A program made the position numbers and the translations under genes. DNA of 64,000 nt from Epiperipatus broadwayi (lineage: Eukaryota > Animalia > Onychophora): contig JAQFVV010000010.1 in NCBI GenBank assembly GCA_028023455.1, positions 14,880,001-14,944,000 on the forward strand, in the 5' to 3' direction. Of this stretch, positions 12,625-27,000 are shown in pieces (position 1 is the stretch's first letter; every line of letters starts with the position of its first letter). The notes under the pieces were generated by a model. That model was not told the DNA's origin and ran no database searches. It saw only the letters and a program-made list of their open reading frames with translations.

Positions 12625-13001
12625 CTTTATACGGTCTTCTTATATCTATTATTACATTTTAGTATGAATTAAAGCTTATAATTTTATAGTAATGCCACTA
12701 TATTTAAAGATGCATTTTCATTTTCATCCTTGTATTTTAAAAAGACATTTCATATTCACAATTTAAATCTATGACAGTTTTACTGCTTTCTAGCTTGAAT
12801 TTTTTTTCTTCAGACTCCAACATTAATTTTTTTTAACTTTATTTGTCTGACTTATGGCTAAAAATATTATGTCATGTGCTCATTTTCACTTCTAAAGATA
12901 CAAATAAACAGGTAAGATAACTAAATTAATAACAAAACCTTTAAGAATATTAAAAGATGAATAAATAGAAATGATTTGAAACATTTTGCATTCTCATATG
13001 C

Positions 13002-13445
13002 CAGGGGTGGACAATTGTTTTGGCTCGGGGGCCGCAGAGGTTGGTGGAGGGCCACATCGGGGGCCACTTGGTGGAAGCGAAGGGCCACACCTTTTTTTCA
13101 TGACACAATAAACACACTGCTTTATTCTCTGTATTACCAAAGAAATATTTGTTTGTCCAATCTTCATTAAACACACAACATTTATCACGGAGGTTCATGG
13201 TTTTACTAAAATTGAAAATGTATATATTTGCTAATGCAAAGTCAAAATTGAAATTAACCAGATCAACCGGAAAAGCACTGCACATCATATCTACACTGCG
13301 CATGTGTATTGATGTGGCCATCCTAGTGGAAAATAAGAGATGATTCTTTGGTCATGCACGGGAAGGAAATCTCAGTTCAAGGCGGATTTTTCTGATTGTC
13401 TTGGTGGGCCACAGTGGCCCTCAGGCCACTATTTGTCCACCTCTG
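13002..13445 (-). mobile_element. Internally deleted hAT element retaining transposase start
   Basis: TIRs CAGGGGTGGACAA / TTGTCCACCTCTG; perfect TSD TCATATGC (12994-13001, 13446-13453); minus ORF contains CVFNEDWTNKYFF...KAVCLLCHE (GTF2IRD2-like). Confidence 0.9.
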
Positions 13446-15359
13446 TCATATGCTATAGCATTTGCTTTCATTCATTTACCCATTTTATCTTAACCATTTG
13501 AGCAGGAATTGATTACATTGTGCTATTAAAGCATAAAGGTAAGCTTTCATTGTTTTTATATTTTTATTGTTGTAAAAAATATTTTTAATAATAATTGAGC
13601 TAAAATAATTTTTATTTTGCCATAAACTGTATTTAAAGTGAAGTTTAAATCTCCATTAATTATGTTGAGTATTTCAAATATATTTCTTTATACAGGGGTA
13701 TGAAAGAAAGTGTGTTAAATTTAAACTTGATACATTCTAATGCTGTAATTTATGAAATTATATAATGAAGTGTATACCACTGAGAAAATAAAATGCAATA
13801 TCCCAAATACTGTGTAAGACTAATTATCTGATGTTTGAAAAGACAATTACAGTGATATCTAGAAATCAGAAGGATAATGACTCCACACTCCCCTCTCATA
13901 AATGTTAAAGCAAAAAAAAAAAAATTAAATTAAAACAACAGCATTTTTATCATTTATAAAGATAAATGTAAATTATTTAATCAAAATAATCTAGATTCAA
14001 CTAAAATTTATTTTATTATAAGATAATGCATAAGCTTGTGGTTAAGACCTGTAGAGGTCCCTACCTTCGCAATTTCAACCACACATGCTTTAGGTTTATT
14101 GCCTGAGTGAAATATTAAATAGAAGAATGTAAAGGAAATAAAATAAAAAAGATATAATAAATATATGAAAAAAAGGTAATTCTTTTTTTTTATCTTTATA
14201 TTTTATTTTGTCTTGCTTTCAGGTACTTTTGTTTATTTTTTCTTAATCTCTTATTATCAATATTTATATTTGGTCAGCAGCAGTATATAATAATATCCGT
14301 CATGTTAACAGCAAAATAACATTCTAAATTATTATACAGAATAAAATATACTCCTATATTATGTGGAAAATTTTATAAATAGATAGAATATTATTCAAGT
14401 TAATATAATTTTAATGGCATAGTTTTGAGTAAATAATTCAAAATAATCCAGTTTGTATCTATTGCTACGAACTATGCTGCATCTAACTGACTTCAGTTAT
14501 ATGCTATCCAAAGAAAAAATGTAAACAAACAAACATAAATTTAAATAAAAAAGAAACCATTAGAATTTGCAAAATTTATATTTGAGCCGCGTTTGTTTTT
14601 TCTCTGAATGGTATTCACAGTATTTCTTCAGTTTATGTTGAAGCACATTTATTTTATTCTTTCTTTAATATCCTTCCTGAATTTGATATGCATTATTTTG
14701 CTTAATATATTATTCTCATGTTAGAAATTTACAAAATTTGAAAATAAAGATAATACTGACTTAAAAAATAAAAAAAAGATTTGCAATTTCTTGTTAGACT
14801 AGTCTATTTTGTTTCTATTAAGAGAAAAAAGTTACTGAAAAAAAAAAAACCACCCAGTTTACATTATTTTAAAAATAAAAATACTGGTAGTTAGTTTTTC
14901 CCCCTCATTTTTCTTACTTCAATGAATGCATGAATGAACACACATTGTGTGTGTAAATGTGTCAATTTTTTATAAATAATTATATTATTTTTTAAAAAAA
15001 ATTTGTTTATACATACCTATAAAAAATGTTTATGCTGTATATATATATGTGTTGAAAAGTACTGTGCATTTGCAGTTCAATAAACAATATATATTACAAT
15101 CAATATTTATTAACTAAAGATAAGCTATTATGTGTTATATAAGTTGAACATTAAGGGGTCTTAGAACAAATTATATAGCATAGCTCACAGCTTCACTATA
15201 ATTTCTATAATAATATTTTCTCATGCTCCCCATTTTAAATTTAGTTGATATGTTAATACAAAATCTTTGCTTGATGATCACTAGTAACTGAAGTTTTTAG
15301 GCAATTAAGATGTAATTACTGCATTATAGAAACCTTGAAAACTATACCAGTAGTGACCT

Positions 15360-16100
15360 ATGTAATTAATAGGGTTTCTGTAAGCTGGGCATATCTTCAG
15401 GATTGTAATTATTCTCCCAATAGAAGAAAAAGTTTAGAATTGTAATAGTGGGCATGCTCCTATTATTTATGAAATTAAATAGGCATGAATGATGTTAGCA
15501 AAGTTCAATAATATAAAACATTGATCATAACTGGAATATTTTTAGTCATTCATTTGTTAAATACAAGTAAATATAAAGTACCATATTATTTCTTAATGCT
15601 AATTTATTCATCAGAAATGGTAAAGCATTTTTTATGTATAAATTACTAACAATAACAGTATGTGAATAAAAATAGAGTATCTAGTTCAAATAATGCAATC
15701 GTAGTCTTGCATTGGTGGTCGAGAGGTCAGTGCGACAGCCTTGTACTTGCAGGCAGTTGCCCGGGTTGCGGGTTCGTGTCCCGGCCGATGCTATGACACT
15801 TAAAAAAAAATGCAATGGTGGATTATCTGCTGAAGAACAGATTTGCAAATCACTCCAGATCGTTGTCTTAAAGTTTCTCTACCTTGATATCTGATATGAA
15901 AAATATAACTATTTTCTTACTTAATTTCATCATCTTTTTTTTTCAATACTTTTTCATTCCCCTCCCCCTATTTTCATTAACAAAACTAAAATTTCTAATT
16001 TTCTCCAAACTCATTTTCAAAAGCTTTCAATTAGATTCATATAAAAATATTATCATAAACATTGTAGAAGCTTTTTTAAAAAAAAAAAAATCATATACAC
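15360..16100 (-). mobile_element. Old repeat, probable LINE 5'/AP-endonuclease remnant (copy 1)
   Basis: Colinear diverged homology with ~21010-21760; SYDQCFI resembles the APE SDH motif; interrupted by the SINE at 15700. Confidence 0.4.
15700..15808 (+). mobile_element. tRNA-Gly-derived short SINE (subfamily B)
   Basis: GCATTGGTGG...GGTTCGTGTCCCGGCCGATGC, TATGACAC tail, poly(A); TSD AATGCAAT (15692-15699, 15809-15816). Confidence 0.85.
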
Positions 16101-16925
16101 TGTATATATAATCTTGTAATCTTTTTTTCTGGAAATTGTGATATTCAAGCAGTGAAGTGATTCAGCTGACCAAATTTTTTTTTCTCAATTGATAATCTAC
16201 CTATGAAGTTTTAGCTCTTATGATTCTAGCAAAGTTCTAAATTCACTTACTCATAAAATAATCTTTTTTTCCTTTTTTTATATTAAAAGTCAACTTAGAC
16301 ATTATATTTATCATTGTATTTATTTATTTCATAATCATTTTAACAAGTTTTTTAATTAAATATTTAAAAGCATTTTTCTGTTCTACAAGTTGTTTATAAT
16401 TGCTAGTTTCTTATCATTACTGTTCAATCACATAATTTTAATTTAACTCGTGTTTCTTTTTTCCCAAAATTTGTTAAAATTTTTGTCATCCTATTATCTG
16501 CAATTATATGTATAATCATCAACAAATCCAATGTATTAAAGTTTTATTTCTCTAAGTACTAACTAGTGTTTATTCCCCATTCACTATCAATAATAAATAA
16601 TAAACAAAATGGAAAACAAGTATTATTGCTATTTTTAAGCTTTTACCAGTACTTAGGTATTAGACCTGCTGCTCGTATTTGTGATAGCAGAATGCCGTAT
16701 TAAAAAGTCAGAACTAACTGATTTTATTTAGTATCTATCGTAATGTGTTTATTATTTTCATGTACAAGTTTATACTTTTTGTATTGTTAAAAATTTGACT
16801 TTTGGAATATGGCAATTTGCCATCACAGATATGGGCAGCAGATCTAATAAAGTACCCCATTACCTATGTTTCTCTCTTTCATAAGAATGCATATATGTGT
16901 GTGAATGTTTGTTCTATCTATTTAT

Positions 16926-17468
16926 AATAATGGAAACACAGGCTTATTATACACTTGTGACTATATATATATAGGGTATATGAGCACAGACTTTCACCCG
17001 ACCCACCACTCTCCACTCTATCTCATAACACTGATACACTTGAACTCATATATATGTTGAAAAGATAAATAATCACTAATAAACGTATTTCATGCTAAAA
17101 CAGCAATCATCAGTTGGTCCAGACTATCATCTCTACACATATATGCTATAAGTGCTCATATATATATATTAAGATAGCCAGTCTTTATACTTTAATAGAC
17201 AGGCTTCAATCTACTCCAACTCTTCAACCGTCCATCCAAATGAAAATCTGATGATGGAATGCTCAAAGGCCACCCTGAGGCTGAGATTCTTGTCACACTC
17301 ATGATGATCTAAGATCAATCTAACCCCTCATGTACAGGACATAATCCATTTAATTAAGGGATGGGCTGACATCTCTACTATGTATATGAGCACAGACTTT
17401 CACCCGACTCACCACTCTCCACTCTGTCTCATAACACTGATACACTTGAACATATATATGTTGAAAAG
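16926..17468 (-). mobile_element. HHR repeat family A (retrozyme/PLE-pLTR-like), one monomer plus partial tandem copy
   Basis: Homologous to 40290, 46133 and 53255. HHR on minus at 17075-17118. The unit restarts head-to-tail at ~17383. Confidence 0.8.
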
Positions 17469-20400
17469 AATTTATATATATATACAGTACTTTGCTCTTT
17501 ACTAATCTGCACTTAAAAAGTTATTGTTTTTTTATTGTTAATTCTAGGATTTAAAATTGTAGTAGTGATAACCCAAAGTGCCATAACTGAATTTATTTTT
17601 TATCTTTTTTCTCTAACAGTCTTCATAAAGAGACTCTGTATCTTGTTTTCTCTTCTATTTTTCATCTACTTCTCTTATCTGCTTCGTTTATATTTTTTTA
17701 ATATTTTTTTTTAATTAGATCTTTATTAGGCAGTTGCAATAAGAGAAAGCATTCATAAACTAAATCCATATGCCCTAGATTGAAAATGTCAATAATAATC
17801 AAAATGTCATTCATATCATCTTCGATAATTTGACAGTACCTAGTAACAATAAGTGTAACAGAAAGAAAAATCAATGAAAAAAATAAATTAAATAGTACAT
17901 GATAAAGATCTTGTTAGTTAATAAAAACATCTGATGCATGTTAAAATTTAAGCTGAAACATGATTAGATTTAATTTATTTTCCAATAAATAACTTCTGAT
18001 TAATAGTCACAGATTTTATAAAAGTAGATTTTGTTCAATCCATGTAACCAGAGATAGATTTTGATTATAGATTTATCACAAAAATTATTGAGATTGTTAA
18101 TAAAGTAATCAGTGTGTGAGCGAGAGCAGTTCACCGTTCAACTGACTCCACAAGAATCAGAAGACTCACACATTCAAGACGGGAGTTGGTAAGAAGATGC
18201 ATGATAAAACATAAGTGATCCCTTGTTTTAACCTTTTAAACCTTTTCAAGCAATTTTAAGTCAGGTTTAAACTACCGTAACTCAACTTGTTAATCGTTGC
18301 ATTATATGCAAATGGCCACCATTAATCAAGCGAAAGCTGACATAGCTAATTACCAGAATCATCAAAATAAGATTAAAACCGAGAAAACAAATTTAAAATG
18401 TAACCTAATAACCAAAAATGGAAAGTAATAACAAAAATCCTAATTTTGATGATGGAACTAACTTAAAACGATTGGAAAATTAATACCTGTGAAAATAAAA
18501 GTGAAGAAAAAATGCTCAACGATGGTATTCCCGGGAATTCAAATATAACTCCTGATATCAAAAAATAAAACTGCTTTCAAGAAACCAGTCAGGGAGGGTG
18601 CAAAACAGTTGAAAAAACATGCCAGATGTAAAGATTAGTCAAAACCATAGAAAAATGTTTTTTCAAATGTTAAATTATTCATAAAAGAAAAATAATGATA
18701 TTGTAGTGCCAAACCGGAAGTGGCCAAATGCGGCAAAACTTTGCAGGAAAGAAAATTATTTGAAATATTGATTCGATCTCAAATTAACAATTAAACATTA
18801 TGGATTATGATTTAAGTTACCTTTCTGCATAAAAATTAGAAATTTATGATGACTAGATCAAAAGTTATTGGGCCACTCCCGGTGTGATTGGGACGCCACA
18901 AAAATTAAATTTTTTTAAAAAATAAGTTTCAACTTGACTCAGAGTCATGAAGTGAATGATTTAGAGATAAAAATGGATTTATAGGAGACTATGGACCTAG
19001 ACAGAAACTTAAGTGGTTAACTACTCAATCCCTCTATATTTAAATTATTAAGAAAAACCTAAAGACCAAACACAAATCTTCAGACTTTATAATTGAAACT
19101 TTAAGAATCAAGAATTAGAACTCAACTTGGATTAAAAGAACTCAATAGGATTAGTAAAGCAGAATCACAATTGAAATTTTGTCACAATCTAGTTCAGAAC
19201 AAGGTTATATAATACGAACTGAATCGTGAACTTTGAGGACTTAATAGGACCATGTGTCTAATCATTGTTTTTTCCCCCTTTAGGGTTTTGCCTGTTCATG
19301 TCCCTTTTTTGCTGTATTTTCTAAATATTTATACTCAGAACTATTTTTTTAGATACCTGTAATACCTAATCTATTGGATAAGGCAGTTGCATTGCTTTGA
19401 GCAATTGTAGAATATCAATGTATCATTGTGGCTCTATGGCCCACTGCTGCAGGTGATAGAATGTTGTCCCTGCACAGGTGGATCATACTTTAGTGACTTA
19501 ATAAAGTTGCTTTGAGAAAAAAAAGTGTTATAAGATTGTTAGTTTATTCATTGTTTAAAATTGAAACAATATTTTTTTTTTTTTATTTGAGCTTATGAAT
19601 TTAATAAAACTAATGTTCTGATTTTTTTTTTAATTATTTAATCAATTTTGGATATTGTGAACTGGGGGGGGGGGGGATTTCTTTTTTGTTACTAGTAAAT
19701 GTTTTTTTTTAACAATTGTAAATTCATCCTAAATCTCTTTTCTCTTCAAACTAATTTAATCCTTCATATATAATAACTTATTGATATACATCCTTACTCT
19801 TGTTTAAATGTACGTAAAAAAATTAACACTGTATACCTTTTTATCATTTATAGAGATAATTACAAATTAATATTTTTATTTAATATTAATCGAAATAAAA
19901 ATAAATTCGCATTAGCATAATGTTTATTCTAGTAAAATTTGGTTTTCTGTTAAGCCATTAAGAAAGAAAAATAACAGAGAGGATGTAATTGAACTTTTTT
20001 TTTTTTTTAAAAAAAGGGAACCATGAAGACCCTTTTTATATTGTTGAAGTTTTTTTTTTTTGCCTAGCTTTCTTTTGTTTATTTTTTTTTAAACTCTTAT
20101 TACCAATATTTATATTTGAATTACAGCAATATATGATAGCATTAGTGACAATTGACCACAATCATCTCAAATGCTGCATACTCAGGACTCTAAAGTCTAT
20201 ATATAAATTATAGCCTAAATCTGTCATTTTCTGGGCTAAAATTTTTATGAATTCCCAAACAATAAACCATTTGATTAGTTTTATAGTCATGTGGCATTCA
20301 AAATTTATGTAGAAGAAAATCTATTATACTTTGTTGAAAATTTTATTAATATAGAATTCCATTCATGTAATTACTAGACATTTACACAGACTTGATGGCA

Positions 20401-20634
20401 ATATTTTTAAATAAATAATTTAAAATAATTCCATAATTATCAAAATGTTTTAAATTTTGTATCTATATTTTTTTTAGATTAATTTCTTTAAGAATCTGTC
20501 TTATACTCTTCATTTTAAATTTAGTTAATAGGAGAGTATGATAGTCTTTACTTCATGGTTTAGGATGATTGCGAGCAAGTTAAAATTATTGAACATTTGA
20601 CATTTTAACTATTTCTTTATAGAAATTCAGGAAA

Positions 20635-20986
20635 TTGGTTTAATACTAATCCTGCCCAATAGGATTATGGTGACTGTGGTTATTAAAGAACCAAAGACGC
20701 CAAAAAGTATGGATGCTGAACTGATTTCAGATCTATACGACTAATTGAAAACATTATTGGTGTCTTCATTTTGGACTCAAAGCTTTATAGTTAGTTAATA
20801 AGGTAAAAGGTGGCTGCTGGAGAGTTGCATTAGATCCTAAGTTCTATGTACAGTGCTCTCAGATCACTGATGAAAATCACAGGCTAGAAACTAGTCTGGA
20901 GATAGGGATTTTATGCACAAATCTTCTTGCATCCATTGATTATTCTGGCTTGCACTGTGTGGTGCTATTGTATGCAGAGTTTTACT
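20635..20986 (+). mobile_element. HHR repeat family B copy
   Basis: Homologous to 28225, 35595 and 44092. HHR 20862-20902: CTGATGA...GAAA-CTAG-TC-TGGAGA. Confidence 0.8.
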
Positions 20987-21009
20987 TCTATGAAACTATA
21001 TCAATAGGA

Positions 21010-21760
21010 ACATAGCTTATTAATAGAATTTCCCCAAGCTCCTACATATTTCAGAGTTATAATTATTTTGTTAAAAGAAGAAAAGCTTAGCATTATATTA
21101 GTGGACATGCAGTATTATTAATGGACTAAACTTATACATGAATGACATTAGCAAAGCTTGATATAATAAAAGAATGATCATAACTAAGATGTTTTTAATA
21201 GTCATTCCTTTGCTGTACACAAGTAAATACAAACTACCATATTACATCATCTAAGGAATACACTTTTCAAAATTGATTCATTCATTGGAAAGGGTACAGT
21301 ATTATTTACGACTAAATGACCAATAGTAACAATATGTGAATGTGATTAAAAATGGATTATGTAGTTGAAATAATATTAGTGCCATCTCCCCAAGGTCAGA
21401 TTCACAAGTCACTCAAGATACTTATTTAAAGTTTCTGTATCTTTAGTTCTGATGTGAAGAAGCTTATAACTATCTTTTTACTTGAACGTGTAATCTTATT
21501 AGTGACCATTCTCTCCAACATGATTTAAAATTATGTGCAATCCCCCCCCCCTCTTTGTATTTTTTTTTTTTTCAATAATAATTTTTTTTTAAAAAATCTA
21601 TTCCTCTTCCCATCACTCTTTGTCTCATTAAATAAACAAATTTCCTCCAAACTCACTTTTCAAAAACCTCCAATTATTTTCCTTCTCAGTGAGTTCAATT
21701 TATGGTTTAAATAAAACTATAATATTGTCAAAATATTGTACAGTTTAAAAAAAAAATCAA
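21010..21760 (-). mobile_element. Old repeat, probable LINE 5'/AP-endonuclease remnant (copy 2)
   Basis: Colinear with ~15360-16100; SYDHSFII motif on minus strand. Confidence 0.4.
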
Positions 21761-21855
21761 ATTATTATTTAAAATTGTTAAATTAGCAAAAGTTAAAAAA
21801 TATACAATTTAAAAATTAAAAAAATAATTCTATGATTTTCTCATAAAACTAAATC

Positions 21856-22130
21856 TTGAGGCTTCCGATTCTTCACTTCCATAGGTATAAAAGGAATTGT
21901 ACCAATATTGAAGATATATGCAAGTTGTGTCAAAGAGAATCAGAAACCCTATCATACTTGTTATTCATATGCCCCAGATACAATAATATCCGATGGGACA
22001 TTCCAAAAAAATTTTTAAATAAGGAGTACAGAATACAAACACTTCTCAATACAAACAGTGAGGATTGCCAATTTCCTCAACAAGCTTTGTGACTTCTCAA
22101 TAACTTTGAAAAAGGGAATTACGGACCCAT
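21856..22130 (+). pseudogene. LINE ORF2 C-terminal zinc-knuckle remnant
   Basis: CKLCQRESETLSYLLFICPRYNNIR matches the CxxC...E...(H)...C C-terminal motif of LINE ORF2; a short related piece occurs at ~60410-60440. Confidence 0.65.
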
Positions 22131-23513
22131 TCATACTAGCACATTAGTATTAGACTCACTATGGCATACCAGATGTATACTTATGTTTGGACCTGACAAA
22201 AAACACCCTAATGCATTTAGAAACAAGATTGATATCATACATGCTAGGGATGAAATTTTTTTACATAAATACACAATTCAGATATTTTTCAATCATATAA
22301 TTTTTATATTTTTAATACTTACTTATAAAAAATTGTTGGTATAAAATACATTTAAAAGAATCTATATTAATTAAAAAAGCAAGTCATGTATAACGTGACA
22401 TTACTTTATTGACGTTTGAGCGCTTGAAGATGCCAAGTAAGAAAAGCTTAACAGTGAAACAGTCTTAAATAGGCTTACATATATATATTTTTAGAAACAA
22501 TTTTCAGTTTTTATATTTGTCTTAAAATATAGTCTTTACTAAATTAATATTATTAATACCATTTCCTTGATTTTTAGAAGAAAAAAAAATCATTAAGTAA
22601 TTTATCAGAATTAAAAATTGTTTTCCCACTTGTGAAATAATATTAAAGATTTTTTTAACTTTCACTATTATCAATTTTTTTTTTTTCAAAAATAATTTAA
22701 ATAAAATTAAATTTAAAAAAGAAAGTAGTTATACTGTATATGAACAACAAGTTTATTGCAGTGTATAATAGATTCTTAGGCAGAGAATGTTTAACTTGGC
22801 TAGCCTGGACATACTTTTCATCAAAGGAAGGAAAAACCATTTGACATAACTACAATCAATGATGGTAGTTCTCATTTTATTTTGGTATCTTCTTTACATC
22901 GTTAAGATGAATTGACTTCAAATACAAATAGAATTAAACCTTTTAAATTTATTATTGAAATGAATATATTTCTTTATTTATTAATATCTTTTTTATAATT
23001 GAAAATTATTTTATTAAGCTATTCAACATGTTTATGCAGGAAAATATAGACATTTTAAAGGAAACACTATCCCCCCCTAACAGTTTCCTTTTTTACCATT
23101 TTCTTTTTTTTTAAATAATTGAAAGGCAAAAAATTTTTTTGAAAATTGATTCTGTTTAAATACAAATGTGAAATTCTTAATCATTTATGTATATATTGTA
23201 ACAGTAAATATGCACGTAATCGGGTTTGAATCAAGAACCAAAGATATACAATGATATATTAAATATGCACTGTAAATCTTGATTCAATGTAAATATTTAT
23301 ATTAGATGAAAATTGAATGGTTTAATAAAATTAAAAAAGAAAAAGATTCAGTTCATATATATAAAATAGTATTAATCAAATGATGATGATGATTCATAAC
23401 ATAAGTACAAGTTCTCCCAAAACTCTTTTTGTTTTTCACTTTCAAAAATAAAAAATTTGAAACTTTCCTGTACCAAACATTTTAATTAGAAAGATTTTTG
23501 AAAAACTTAATAA

Positions 23514-23588
23514 TGCCCGATCATCATCATTTACAAATTACCACCATCAATTGCCCGATCATCATCATTTACAAACTACCACCATCAC
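23514..23588. repeat. 38-bp tandem duplication
   Basis: TGCCCGATCATCATCATTTACAAA(T/C)TACCACCATCA twice. Confidence 0.85.
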
Positions 23589-23599
23589 TGCATGTCCTC

Positions 23600-24560
23600 C
23601 AGTGGATTACAATATTTTTTCAGGGTTGTGGATATTAGAGCATATTGGATCTTAAAAGTATTAAGCAAACACAAGCTAAGTGTTTAATAAAAAACAACAA
23701 CTTAATAATGCATAGATAAAAACTTGTTCATATATATACTCACAACTATTAATGCACAAACAAAATATGAAGTGTAATAGTAATAAAAGATATTTTCAAT
23801 TTAAGGCCTTATAATATCTGTAATGATAAGATGTTAACATGTTAATTAATTCAACAATTCCAAATCATGGTTTTCTGGAGATATCGTTCTTTTAATAGAT
23901 GTCTGGATTTCTTCATTAATTCCTTCACAGATGGTAATTTCTTCTTGCGTACTGGTAATGTTAAGAGAGGAATTACAGCAGCATTGGTGACATTAGATAG
24001 GATATAGTCTCAGTAGGTTTTGGGTACTCATTTCAATACTGTTCTTTTTTCCCTCACAGCATTATTAAGGCAGGCACTGGTTGTTTTTGGCAAACTTCAG
24101 CATTAGTTTCTGGATCTGACTGCATTTTCCAAATGTTTTGATTGTTGTGGTTTTTGGTTATCTAGCCATACATGGTAGATAGTTTTAATCTAGATAAAAT
24201 CCTCATACTTGCTGCTATAAATGAAGTATTGAAAAATATTAGGACATAGTCGGCAAGATGTGTCCAAGTTATGGTGGAAAACAGTTTTAACCAGTGGTTT
24301 CTCGTCTCGGTATTGGATTACTGCAGCACAGATTCTTGAGATAAGTCTTCAAATAAACTAAACTAGACTAGACTACCTGGACTAAACTAGAATGCTTTAG
24401 TTGCTTGTTTCAGACCTATTTATCCATACTTGATATTGTACAACATGTTTTTCAAACAACAGATTTGTCACTGGCTATTATTAAGATTTGATCTCTCTTT
24501 TTTGACATGTTTCTTTGGAAAACATTTTCTTTATTCCTTTCTGTTGTGGAAACAAATTTA
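23600..24560 (-). mobile_element. Possible decayed hAT-like transposon end
   Basis: CAGTGG terminus at 23600; minus-strand TWTHLADYVLIFFNTS weakly resembles the hAT dimerisation motif. The other end was not found. Confidence 0.3.
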
Positions 24561-26202
24561 CAGATATTATAATATGGTTTGATACACAAATATGAAAAAA
24601 AAAATTTTTTTCTCTTTTTTATTTACATTAGTTAGCATAGCAAAAAAGAAAAAATTATTGCCAACATTTAAATCTCAAATGACAACTTTTAAATATTATT
24701 AATTCCAAAATTTTAGTATCTTTTTTAGTTTTACCATGAATTTTACTATAAAAATATGGGAGATTTTATTTAAAACCAATTAAAAAAAAAAAAAGGCAAA
24801 CCAAAAGGAATTCAAAATGCTTCAGATTTTTATAAACTAAGCAATTCAAACCAATTTTTTTCTTCCTTTATAATGCAATTCATTATTTTATTGGTTTTAT
24901 TTTATCTATTAGAAAGTAATTTTTTAAAATATTTAATTACATGATTAAATGCATAAACTAATTTTTCTCTTAATCTTTTAAATCTGTGTACTCAAGTGAC
25001 ACACATATATTTGCACGTATACACATGGCAATTTATACATTTTTTTTATACAGCTTTGTGGCATAATTAATCTGAGATTTGTTTTGGTTACAATATATTT
25101 TTAACTAAAGAAATTTTTAAAGTAAAATTATAAAAATAATTGTATATTTTAAAATTCTATGCACTTTTTATATAATAATAGCAAATTTAACTCTTTGAGG
25201 ATCCAATTCCTTTCTTCTTGTTTGAAAGATCCTAGATAAAACTTTGTCCTTATTTGCAAAATTTTATTTTTACAATTAAACCATTTTTCTGTATAATATA
25301 TTGATAGTCTTTTCATTATTTATTACAAATGTAAGCTTTCAAGTAATGTGCATTCTAAAAGTTAATATTTGCACTTTGCAAGATAGGAAAATACATTACA
25401 ATGGCACTTTCCATATTGAACATAATTCTGTCCAAAATGTTTGTAGAAGAAATATTTTTTACTTGAATTCTATTTTTGAAATTCAAAAGAAATTTAGTTT
25501 AGATATCACATTTAAAGAGAATTATATATAAATAGTGGAGAATTAATTAGGATATGAACTATGCTGTTAAATTTAGACGAGTTTTATGGATTAGTGTTCA
25601 ATTGGATGGGCAAAGTTTATTATCCCATATATATTTGACTTCTGGTGTCTGTTTCCATATTCATTAATTATATATGAATTTTTAAAATGGGAAAACTATA
25701 TAATTAGTGAAAATATTGGGTACTAAAGCAAAGGTCATATTCTAATTTTACTGACCAGTGTTACAGTAAACTCCATGTGACTGCATATTTATTTGGAGGT
25801 GCTAGGGTTTGATCTCTAAATTTAATTTCATTTATTTTGTTGTAAAAATAGGATTGCAGTTTTTTTGAGGTTGGGTTAAAGCAGAAATGGCATTTAAGGA
25901 ATTAAAGTGTGAATAACAACTTTCTGTGTTGATTTTCAGCTGCATGCGTAAAGTAAAAATAAAACTTTGTGTCGGTACAAAGGAACTGTTGTTTCAATCA
26001 ACCATTTGGGTTATTGGAAGTCATGTGATTTCCCACGGAATTCACTATATGATTTTTCTACCTATTGTCATTTAATGAAGATAATAATAAAAAAAATCTC
26101 AAGTTGATCAAAAACTCATACAAATCAAATTCATAAGAGAATATTTGATTTATCAGAGAATTGAATAATGTAAATTATATTTTATTTACTAAAACAGAAC
26201 TA

Positions 26203-26816
26203 ATAGTAATAATATCAAGTCAGATGTCACATGACTTATATATAGCTTGCACTTACAAATATGTAAAATTAAGAGCGTGCTAATAGCTCTAAACAAGCTT
26301 TTTTTTTTTTATTTATGATAAATGCTACTACAAGAGAAGGCATTCAAATCATTTTTATCTTGGATTGTCCCCATCCCCAGACCGGTTTCGACCTATGGGT
26401 CTCTTCAGTGAGGAGTTGGGACATTAGATCTAAAAAACCAACTCAAGCAAAGCATTTATCTAAAAGATAATTGTTAGAAGAAGATCTGAAACTTTTAGAC
26501 ATCTACATGTCTTTAAAGTCAGCTCTCCAACTGAAAAAATCATATGGGCCTGAACTTAATTCAGATACTCCATATATTAATAGGCTTAGCTCTTTAATTT
26601 AGCTAAAGCAACAACAGCAAAATAATAATAGTAATAATATCAAGTCAGATGTCACATGACTTATATATAGCTTGCACTTACAAATATGTAAAATTAAGAG
26701 CGTGCTAATAGCTCTAAACAAGCTTTTTTTTTTATTTATGATAAATGCTACTACAAGAGAAGGCATTCAAATCATTTTATCTTGCTTGTTTAGAGCTATT
26801 AGCACGCTCTTAATTT
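26203..26816 (-). mobile_element. PLE-type insertion: partial tandem pLTR, HHR and short inversion
   Basis: ~160-bp direct repeats (~26203-26363, ~26625-26783), inverted 33-bp piece 26784-26816, perfect 13-bp TSD TAAAACAGAACTA (26190-26202, 26817-26829). Confidence 0.85.
26369..26420 (-). ncRNA. Canonical minimal type-I hammerhead ribozyme
   Basis: TCCTCA-CTGAAGA-GACC-cata-GGTC-GAAA-CCGG-TC-TGGGGA; intact core, palindromic ACCGGT, GUC cleavage triplet. Confidence 0.9.
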
Positions 26817-26891
26817 TAAAACAGAACTAGTATTTTGAACATTTTATGTATTTGATTGTAGCACCTTTAATTAGAAGAAGGAAAAAAATAA

Positions 26892-27000
26892 TTTTTTTCC
26901 CATATATCATAGCATCGGCCGGGCGGCGAACCCGTAACAACCATCTGCAACCAACTGCTTGCTTACAAGGCGGCTGCGCTGACCTCTCGGCTAACAACTC
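26892..27000 (-). mobile_element. tRNA-Gly-derived SINE (subfamily C)
   Basis: Homologous to 41812, 41941 and 54631; B box GGTTCGCC; A-rich tail. Confidence 0.8.

Noticed and set aside
18100-19260. Possible decayed LINE (5' leader and C-terminal region)
   Set aside because: Only a faint C-terminal resemblance; no motif strong enough to support a call.
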